64,000 nt of DNA from Eutreptiella sp. 'Long Island Sound 2002'. Lineage: Eukaryota; Protista; Euglenida. Below are positions 13,499 through 23,500 of the stretch, piece by piece. The position numbers and the translations under genes are program-made. Numbering within the stretch: the stretch's first letter is position 1; the number at the start of each line of letters is the position of its first letter. The notes beneath the pieces were generated by a model that saw nothing but the letters and a program-made list of their open reading frames with translations, did no database searches and was not told the DNA's origin. The DNA is taken from positions 6,510,001 through 6,574,000 of the forward strand of contig OZ038378.1 in NCBI GenBank assembly GCA_964036045.1. The letters run 5' to 3'.

Positions 13499-13745
13499 AT
13501 GGTCAATGCAGAGATTTGCAGCCGCGTGCTGGTGCAGGAAGTCTCTGAGCTGGGCAAGGTGGAAGCAATGCACCAGATATTGGAAGCTTATCCGCAGTGC
13601 GTCAACTGTGCCACAGGGTGGCAGCGATTCCCTTTACATTGGGCATGCAGCAACGGCCATGGGGACTTGGTGCAGTTCTTGTTGGAGCAAGGGGCAGATC
13701 CAGCAAAAACTGATGCAGAAGGATGGACTGCACTCCACTGGGCAG
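13499..13745 (+). CDS. Ankyrin-repeat protein, first coding exon; downstream exons unresolved
   Basis: MVNAEICS...FPLHWACSNGHGDLVQFLLEQGADPAKTDAEGWTALHWA contains a canonical ankyrin repeat; CAG|gtgttt donor at 13746. Confidence 0.75.
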
Positions 13746-14659
13746 GTGTTTTGTGTGGAGGCACATCAGCCAGAACTCATCAACCGGGCAAGCAAAACAC
13801 TGCCCGCTCGAGCCCACCCCAGCAGGCAGTGCGGTGTGATCATTGGTGCCTAGAATGTTGTTAAAAGTTCCGGTCTCGAGCAGCAGCCACCCTGTGCAAA
13901 CCTTGCCGCCCCACAGGTCCAGAGCCCACACAGGCACACAGGCACACAGGCACACATACACCAGACAGCAGACAATATGCAGCTTACAACATTGACCTAG
14001 TACTCCTCTCAAGGCACCGGTAGATCCCACGGAAGTGACGCCTCTGAAGCTGTGTCATGACCATGGTCAATGCTCAGAAGAAAGCCCCCCGTGGTTTCCC
14101 CATTTTTTTTGGGTCTGTGCTCTTTCATTCTTGTTGCATGATCCCCCAAAGCCTGCAACGGGAAGAGTAATGCAAGTAAGCGACCTGGAAGTGCGACATC
14201 GCTGGACATGGGCCACTCTTTGGAAGTGAAACTTGGTTGTCAGTGAAGAATTTGATGTACTGTCATTATGAGAAGCCATTTTCATGTGTGGGGGTTGCCT
14301 GATTTGGCAGGCTGTGCAATCTCTGCTGCAGCATGTTTTGCGACACAGCATAGGCCTCCGTCCTGGCAATGGTGAGTCGGATGGTGGCAAACCGCATCCC
14401 AGGCAGTTCGCTTGGCCTCCCGTGGACATTGTGCCAGGTGGGGCATTGCCAAGCAGCCCGTGAAACTTTTTTTTTTGCCCTTGTCAAACAGTGGAATGGT
14501 TGTGTGTGTGTAGAGCGCAGCTGACAAATCACATATTTTTCCTCACAAACTTGGATTTCTCTTGAAAAAAGAGAGAGAGATGGTTTCGTGGCAGAGGCTT
14601 GGGTAGGAAACACGGTGTGCTCCACTCAGAACCGTTGCAGTGTCTCAGCCTTGTCTGTT

Positions 14660-15620
14660 GCATAATGTAGGTAGATAATGGAGTGCAGTGGTGTGCTGTG
14701 TGAGCTTGAGTGCAGAAGGCAGGGGTGGATGTAATAGTGATGACATTACCAAGGTGGGGGGGGGGGGCTGCTGAGCCACGAGGCGGTGATGACGGAATGA
14801 TGATTAAGATTGCGCCTTTTTCGCTTTACAGGCACATAAGCACAAGACACGTAGTGACAAGGGCAGTGTGAAGAAATGATTGGACTGTGTGGACTGTCTT
14901 CATGGGATGCACCAACCTCTGTGCAATGCATTGTCCTGTATTGCCCAGATAGGCTCAGTGGTTCAGTGGTATATGTGCAGGTTTATGGACTGAGTGTCGT
15001 CCGTTAAAATCCAGGCAGCACTATGTTGTGGCGCTTGTTTGCCAGCAGCCCTCTCGTAAAACTGCTGGTTCAGCCAAACAGGTCAATCGTAATCGCAATC
15101 GTCATCGGAGGGTGGCGAGAGGGGGGGGCTGGGGGGGGACCCCCCCCCCCCCACTATATCCACTCCTGCCAGAAGGTCTCAAAGGTACCGCTGTTCTTCG
15201 GGTTCACACGTTGGGTCCAGGGCGAATGGCAAGCAGGACGGCCATGTACAGACTGTAACACTTGGTGCGATGCTCAGTGCTGCATGTACGCTATGAGATT
15301 GCAATGCCACGCATCGGTGATATTTCAGCGAAATTTGATGTATTGTGTAGTGGTTGCATTTCTGTTCGGGGTTCCCTGCATTAACCTCCGAAATGGAGTT
15401 GATGTAGTGCGATCTGCAGTATTGCAATGTGCATCGTGTCGTCTCCACCCATTTTCCACGTCTGCAGTGAACAACTGCCACCCACAGTGTGTGCAGCCCC
15501 TTCTGGATCGCTGTCCAAGCGCAATATCCTTCAGTCGCAGGGCGCCCCAGCCTTTGTTGTTGTTGAATAATCTTCTTGTGCAGCTCGTCCACGATCCGCA
15601 GATTGCAGACACACAAGCAG
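14660..15620 (-). pseudogene. Decayed non-LTR retrotransposon C-terminal region, interrupted by the MITE at 14720-15168
   Basis: Minus-strand fragments RRLFNNNKGWGALRLKDIA (GGxGL-like) and PTCEPEE..DLLH (zf-RVT-like); the latter reads across the MITE insertion site. Broken frames. Confidence 0.35.
14720..15168. mobile_element. hAT-like MITE, CAGGGGTGGAT family, copy 1
   Basis: TIR CAGGGGTGGAT / ATCCACTCCTG; 8-bp TSD gcagaagg/ccagaagg (7/8 match); colinear with 36166-36583. Confidence 0.85.
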
Positions 15621-16338
15621 TGGCCAGTCACCTTGAGAGGTATGTGGTACCTGACCCCTGCTGATTGCCTATTGCTTTCTCCTTTCAGGCCTTGAACAGT
15701 CAACGAAATGGCTCAAGTTCGTTGAAGAATTAAGAAGAAACCGTCTTTATGGATGCGTGTCAATTTTGTTTGCATGGTTTTTTTTTTTGCAACAATCCCG
15801 AGTCTCATTCCAACGGCGGCCAGACCGTCACTGATGGCAGTTGGATTTACCCTTGGCATGCATCGGAACTCCAAGCTCGTTCGGGTGAATGATTTTGATG
15901 GTTCTCGGCCGGCTGGATGGAACAAAAAAAGTTCAAAGGCGACTTACCCTAAAACTGGCAGCCTGACTCACCCGGGTGAAAACATGTTGTTTGCACGCCT
16001 GGGGGGTCCCTGCTGGCACTTTGAAACCTTTGTGGGGGATACCCAGCCTGAAAACCAGCTTGGGTTGCAATAAAATTTCCGTCGGAACGTCGTCGGAACA
16101 GAGCTGAAACGACTTACCGGAACCCGCCGGAACAACCCCAGAAACACCCACCCAAAAGTTTGTGAACCCAATACATCTTTTGGGGGAAGGGGTGCTTGCA
16201 TTACATAACGTGTGTATAAAAATGCCACAAAAAAACACACGTACATTTTGTGTGATGTCCAATATGTGTGTTTTTGTGTGCCAATGTTCCAGTTCCAGTC
16301 AAGGTGAAGGTCCAATCACCCACAACATTTTGCTTGAT

Positions 16339-16385
16339 GGCAAGTGGTTAGTGGTTAGCTACTCCTGAGTCTCGAATCCTGGATC
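16339..16385 (+). other. tRNA-derived relic (A box plus degenerate B box, internally deleted)
   Basis: GGCAAGTGGTTAGTGGTTAG...GTCTCGAATCC; cannot form a cloverleaf. Confidence 0.3.
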
Positions 16386-17698
16386 TGCGGGGGGCCGCCT
16401 GCTGTTGCCGACCTGCCCCACCTCCCGGTGGCTGTTCGTGGATAGGGGACTGGTTGTCCTCGATGTTGGGAGGGTTGGGGCTTGCGTTTCCATCTTCCCC
16501 CCTGCCTCGCACCTTGTCCCACCTTGTTCACTGTCGACTCAACCCAGGTGTTGGATGACAAGTTGTATGTTGTGGTGGATGAGGAGGAAGGCAAAATTTG
16601 TCCCGGTTCAGCCCCATCCGCATGAAAGCAGGGATGACCAAGGACCGTGAACACCAGGAAGCGTTCAAGGAGAACTTTACAGCTGAGGAGAGGGCACCGG
16701 CACGAAACAAACGTGTAAGTAGGCGGGTCTAGAATACTTAACCCGTCAGCAAGCGGGCATTTGGCTACCCTCTCAGGCACCGGCACAAAATAGACCCACA
16801 ACACAACGACGGAGCCACAGCTGGCCCACAACAATCCTACTCACCATTCATCAACAAGCATGACGACCTTGCACGTAGATGTGTAGGAGGATGCATCATG
16901 TGGCACGCGCATGAATGCATACGCATATAACATTTGATATAGGCACCGTGTTATACAATGCGTGAAAGACAAATGCCATGCCATGCCATGCCATGCCATA
17001 AACCAATGCATACATGCTATTGAAAAGCACACTGCCGTTGCACGGTTGCTCGTAGCGCCGTTACAATCGCGGCTTTTGAGCATGCCTTACCGAGCCATGA
17101 GATGGAATGCTTTTCAAAAAATGTGCAAGGAAGGGCGGTGCGTCATGGGGCTAGAGTACAAGGGTGACACGTGATGCGGACACTAGTGCTGGCACAAGTG
17201 GATGTTGAAGTAGAGGGACACCCATTGCAAAAAGGACTTTTTCGCTGGAACAACATTGCGGTTCCGATGTGTGCCAAGGGAACCGATGGGAAACCAACAG
17301 CGGTTGGAGGACAACCGATTAGTATTTTGCAGTTAAGAGCACGGACCTGTGTTTCAGGGCTGTATTCAGGGGTCATTTTACAATATGTTCCGCCTGCACC
17401 TCAACAATCTGTGAGTGGTCCATTATGCCGCTCTTGTCACATTTCTGCTGTTTGCATGAGTGGCGTGGGTGTGGAGATTAAGGCAGAAGACTATGTGTGT
17501 GTGTTGCTGCAATTTGACGAAAAGGGGCGGTAGTGTGCCCGGATTTGGGCCATTTTCCATACACCGTGCAATGAAGCCTGCAATTTTGGACAGTAGAAAG
17601 TTCCATGGGTTTGGGCTGAGTGCGGCTCCATCCTTGGCATTCAACAAGGAAGCAACGTGTGGCTGCGACTCAGGTCCAAGAAGCAAAGTGCGACTCTG

Positions 17699-20600
17699 AT
17701 GGATAACTGTGACATCTGGGTCAGTGCTGAGAAAGGGGACGTCTTGGGGATCCTGCAGTGCCTGCAACCCTGGCGGCCTCCGCCAACTGCCCGAGGGGCT
17801 TACAAACGCACAGCTCTGCATTGGGCCTGCAGCGCTGGCCATAGCCTGGCCACGGCTTTCCTGCTTCCCTTCTTCACCTCTGCACCACCACGGCCGGAGT
17901 TGCAGATCTGCAAGGACGTCCATGGCAACACCCCCTTGCATTTGGCCGTCAACAACTCCCACGTTAAATGTGTGCAGGCCATCCTTCAGTCGACACAGTT
18001 GGCTCAGGTTTGTGACGTGCTGTCTAAGGGTGTGCAGGGCCATGCACACACTGTCGGGCCTTTGTGGCGCTGCTTAACTCCTGACTCAATAAAAACGTTG
18101 CACTTGGATTCTTGGAGGCTGCGCCGGGGAACCCTGCCCTCGCGTCTCAACTGTGCCTCCGTTGAGTGCGGCTTTTGGAGAACGCTAGCTTTCTGTTAGG
18201 AACCATTAAGGGTCAACTACAAGTGCAGACTGGTAAGTTGCCAGGGCTCGTAAAGCACCGCTACGAAGGATAAAAAATGGGTTTTCGTGCCCGTGCAATG
18301 TTTGTGAAGGTTGTGGGCTGTCTCCTGCATTGCCTTCACTTCACTTTTTCCAGCAATGCTACCCAGTGGCGGGGATGGAAATGCCATTGCCCTCTGCACA
18401 TCAGATGTCACCGCCTCCGGCCTTTGTGCAAGCTGCAGTGACTGTGCCTACCAAATGCTGCACCCAGATATCCTGTGGCTCTCCTCTTCTTAATTGGTCT
18501 TTGAGTGCATTACGAAGGGGTGGGTTGTTGAAACGAGTCGCACGTGCATCAGTCGTCTTTTAAGTGAAAACCGAGTTTGTATTTTGCCATTTTGCGGGGG
18601 TTTATTGTTGATCTGCTGGTGTTCGTGATGGGTTTCGGTGGCGAAGCTTTTCTTCTTGCATCACATTGCAGACCTGGATGCACACTACAAACTATGCTGG
18701 CCACTGCCCACTTCAACTGGCTCAAAGTAAACAGATTCGAGATCTCCTGATGGATGCTTTGGGACTTAGCAGCTGCAATTTGAGGGGCTCCAAGACCTGT
18801 TCCTGCCCACTCACTGTCCCCGATGGCACGGATATTCAGAATCCTGAGGCACTCTGCAGTGCAGATTGGAGGTGCTTTGCTTGGGCACCAGAGGGTCCGC
18901 CTTCTGTTTGCTGAAGGTCATTGACGGGCTGCTTATGCAGACACCCCATCCTCCCTTTCCGTCAGTCGCTTCTGTTGCTGGAAACACCGTGAAACTGAGA
19001 CCTTCTTAGTCCACCCCTCATACGTTGCGGAGTTGCACCGCAAATCCTACCCAAGCACTGTCATGACATGTTCATGCCTTCTTCAACAATGGTGCAGTCA
19101 CAGTCGCTTTCTGGCCGATTGCAATTAAACTTCACTTAGCTTGGCATCTAGTGGCCAGTCGTTATATTTGTGATTTTGATTTCTTTTGAATTTCGTAGTT
19201 GCGCACGATTCCTTCCCCATCTTGAAGGGGGTGTTGCGAGGTGAAGTTTGCGAGGGTTTTGAGAGCTTTAAGGGTTACTGAGGGTTGGTTAAACAGTGTG
19301 GATTGTTGAAGGTTGAGGCTTATGAAGGGGGAGTTGAGGGTGGTCAAGAGTTTGATAATCTTTGTTAAGGTCGCGTCAAGTTTGTCAGAATTCTTGATAT
19401 CAAGGGTTGTGCAGAGTTGTTCAGAGCAACTACGGGTTGGTGGGCTAAGAGGATCAAGTTCTCTGCCGCGGGTGAAGAGTGATTCCGCTTGTGGACTGCC
19501 TGCATTCTGGCCCTCCGCAACCATCGCCAGCCCTCTACACCATCCACAACCCTCCACAGCCACCATCAGCCTTGCCGGTAGCACTCAGCCGCTGTAAATG
19601 GTCCTCACTAACCCTCCACCACCCTCCGCAATTTGACGGTTTGCTACGCCTGCAGGGGCTATGCCTTGTGAGGCACATTTTTGTGTTGGAATAATGTACC
19701 CTGAACTTGCAGTCTGTTTTGTGAGGTCGGATTCACACATGGAGTGGGCTCTACAGCCAGCGTGACCGTCCTGAGCCATTTTGTCTGCATTTTTCCTGTC
19801 CCAGCATTACCAGCCCCATCTCTGTCGATGATGTATTTAGGTTACGTGGGTGGCAGGTCCTCAGCGTTTTGTGTAGTCTGTTCGCTGTCATGTGAGACTG
19901 GTGTATTGGTTGCCCCTTATCCCTGCTTGTTCTTCGCCATATCCCCTTTACAGTGACTGGACAAAAGTGCAGTCTACATTCACCTTCAAGCACCTGCGAG
20001 GTTTGTACCGCGCACATTATTCAGAAGAAGCAGCTTTTCAAGTTCGGACGGTGCTGGGTGTGGAGGCATGGAAGCCAGCAGGTATCGATGATTGCGCGCT
20101 TCATCTTCTTTTCAAACGGGTTGTGTAGTGGAAGCAGACATGGGCGTTGTGCATTGGGAGTATGCTGTGTATTGAACAAGTATGTGAAGCGAAGCATCAG
20201 AGTTCCTCAACGATGTGAAGAGTTGTGAGGGATTGGTTTGGGGGCATGTGGACCAGGAGTTCTATTGCACCGGTCACATTCAATGCGTCTTCTGCTGCCT
20301 CAGAAATGCATTTGAGAACCACAAACCGACAGGTACATAAGGCAGCCACAAATCTGCTGAATTGCAGTCTTCCTTTTTTTCTATTGCTTTCGTCAGAGTA
20401 TCTTCCTCTTTTTCTGTCCCTTTCGTCAGAGTACCCCTGCCATTGGGTTCAGTGTACGTGTGGTACATATCTAATTTTGCCCCAGCCACAATATGTGTCT
20501 GCACGTGCATACACACTACAACCGACAGTATTGATGACCGGCATAGCAATGCCCCTGCCCGTGTGGTGCTCTTCAGGGCGGTCCTTAAGGACCCCATTTT

Positions 20601-21411
20601 TTTTTTGCTAAGGACCGCCCTTAAGGACGGCCCGAAGGGACCACCAACCGCCAACCGCCAACCGCCACCAACCGCCAACTGCCAACCGCCACCAACCGCC
20701 AACCGCGACCAACTGCCAATCGCCACCAACCGCCAACCGCCAATCGCCATCAACCATGATTGAACATATGAGCTACACACGGTCTTTTTGCAAAACTGCC
20801 GTTTCGGACACCTTTTTTTTTCTCTCTTAAGGACCGCCCTGGTGCTCTTTGTGGAAGGCGGTATGGCATCATGTATTTTTCGTGTCTCTTGTAACAACCA
20901 CCATTTCTGGCCAGTTGCTGCATCCCACAGGTGTAACAGGTGTTGCCGTACCCCATCTGTGGTGGCTGTGGTGACATATTCCACTGCCAGATCAACATCA
21001 CATGCAGCGAACACATTTCTGTGTCGTTGTCCAAACCGGTAGACACGTCAAATAAGAAGATACAAACGAGAAGATGCGTATTTGCCGAGTCAGCAGGGGA
21101 GGACTATCTACCAGCACGAGTGTACACAGCCATCGATCAAGCAGTTCGGTCTGACGGTGACAGTCGGGTGTGGCCCGAGGAGGGGTTTCTGACTGACAGG
21201 CACCAAACAACCATCGGAAAGTGCGGCGTTTTCCATTGTGTGGTGCGTGAGCAGGTTCATAACGCCACCCTTTCTGCTATTTGTAGGTCACCTCTGGATG
21301 TTCCCTGAGCAGCAACGTCGGCTCTTTGTTTTTCTGTTGGCATGGCATCGCCTCTTTTTTGTCCCAGAAGACCTGCTTTGGGAGATCTTCGCTTTTGTGC
21401 GCAATGAATAA
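17699..21411 (+). CDS. Ankyrin-repeat protein with Cys cluster and C-terminal F-box-like motif; exons 17699-18007, 18672-18871, 19954-20081, 20430-20494, 20940-21156, 21287-21411 (347 aa)
   Basis: All five introns are GT-AG and phases chain correctly (0,2,1,0,1) to a 1044-nt ORF ending TAA at 21409-21411. Ankyrin motifs TALHWAC and GNTPLHLAV; C-terminus FVPEDLLWEIFAF. The true start may lie further upstream (AG at 17673). Confidence 0.8.
20574..20841. mobile_element. hAT-like MITE, CAGGGCGGTCCTTAAG family, inside intron 4 of the ankyrin gene
   Basis: Perfect 16-bp TIR; perfect 8-bp TSD GTGCTCTT; internal (CCGCCAA)n array. Its ~60-nt core also occurs at 3422-3481. Confidence 0.9.
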
Positions 21412-22751
21412 TGTACGAGTTTGGGAGTGCTGCCGAAGAACTTGATACAGTGCTGTCCCTAGCAGCTCACCACACTACATCTCCCGTTCGTCGAAGTCTT
21501 AGCTTTGTCCGACTCGAATTCTAAGCGCTCCTATGCATCTCAAGTGGACTGCAAGCACATCGCAATCAGCCAACGCAAAACAGGAGATTTTCAGCGGAGT
21601 CCATCCGCATGGCAATAATGTCAGATCTCCGAGTAGTTGTGAATTTGTTTCTGATGCCAGTCAATGATTTGGGTTTGGAAACGGCGTGGCTGAAGAAAAG
21701 GGCAGCACGTTTTGCGGCATGCAGGCCGCGTTATGCCCCGCCTCTTCCTACATCTCTGGCCTTGACAAGCCTACGTCCCCGGCCTCTTCCACGATGTGCC
21801 TTGTTTGTGTCACGGCAGCGGTTTCTTTCCCCGAAAACCCTGTTTGTCTTTTTTCATTCATTTGCACATTTTTCTTCTTTATTGTTCTGCAGCAATGACA
21901 GAACAGTGCGACTACAACCGACCACGCTTTTTTTTTTTTAAAGGCACGAGCCTTCATTACAGACATGAGATGGGCCGGAGTAAAGTCCCGCAATATATAC
22001 CTCCCTGGTCTCTCGCGTTCTCTTCAGGACACGGGGCTGGGGTGAGCAAACCATGTCTCCCTATCACATGGTGTTGTGTCTGCTGTGATGCTGAGTGGCA
22101 ACCCCGTCCTTACTAAGGCCCATCCTGATATATACCGCAGGGGTGGGTGGCGTCCAGGGCGAAGTGATGCCCCCCTTGGGGGATGAGCAGTATCCCTTCC
22201 GTCTCGGTCTTAGATTCGTGCCGCCTGCCTTGCCCTCTGCGACCGGGTCTCGTCCCAGAGCCCATCTGGCATCCACTGTGAACCCGCCCCTGAACGATGT
22301 CACTATCATTTGCCATTCATAGGTACACTTCCGAGAAGCATTGCCGTTTGAGTAGCTGAAGGGTGCCTCCGTTTTGCCTGTTGTGCAATTTCTGCGGTGA
22401 GACCCAAGTCAGACCATCAGCCTGACACACGCCAGTGCTTTGAAATAGCATGTCTTTTGCTTTCCAAAAGTCAGCCAAACATTTTCTGTGGAAGTCGCAG
22501 AAAAGTTGCCACCGTGTGATGGGGGTGAGATCGTTACATGGCCCACAAGTAGCGGACCCCCCTCCACTTTTCGAAGTGCCCTGCCAAAGGCAATGAAGCT
22601 TCCCAATTTCCCCCCCCGTTTTCTTGAAAGTGACGTAGCCCACACGCCATCTCACACTATTCCTGCGTTTTTTTTACACATCGTTACTTATGGAAGCCTC
22701 TCGTTTGGAGAGCAATCCCTCGTTTGAGATACCCTCGAGAGCGGAATCAAG

Positions 22752-23500
22752 GAGGGAAACGAACGCGCGGTGCGCGCGGTGCTATGCGCGGTGTGCGCGC
22801 GGTGCGCACGGTTTGGTGCGCGTTGTTTTATAAACCCACAATTTTTTCATTTAGTCACTGCGGGCTGTAAACACCACTCTCCCACAAGCATAAGTAGAGC
22901 TTGTGGGAGGGCAGCGGGATCAAAAATTTGTGATCATCCACCTCCTTCGGCAAGGGCAGGCACACCCGGAGACCGTCGCCCCTCACGATGATGGGTGTGG
23001 AGTTGTGAGCCCAGTACCGCAGAAACCAAGGTGCTGAATCCTACTTTTCAGCTTGGCTACCTTCACTCCTTTGGTCCTTTGCATTATAGCTCATTTTTTG
23101 CTATTCTTGTGCAATGCCCCAACATCGTGAAACAAATGCTTCATAGGATTGGGCACCCTATGGGGCACCTCACGGGAATGAGCACCCTGTGAGGTTCGAA
23201 ACGCGAAACGTGGCGAAACGAATGCTCCGCAGGTTTGGGCACCCATGCGGGGCACCCTCCTTGGCGGTGGGCCGTGCCTAGAAGGTCTCTTTGAGCTCAA
23301 CGCCCCCCCCCCCCCCGGCAGGGGGTGTGGGCAGCTACAACCACCATTGCAATGGTGAGGAGGATGGAGTGGAGGCCTCCGTTGTCGTATGTGAACCCCT
23401 GAAGCCACCGCGTCTTTGCCACACTAAAAATCAGCCAGAAGTGTGTAAAACAGCAACCCAAAAACGAGCGCGCGGTGCGCGCGGTGCGTTTGTTTCCCTC
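22752..23500. mobile_element. Non-autonomous TIR element, C-NNN-G target family
   Basis: TIR GAGGGAAACRAACGC (14/15); C[AAG]...[AAG]G; GCGCGGTGC arrays just inside both ends. Confidence 0.75.
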
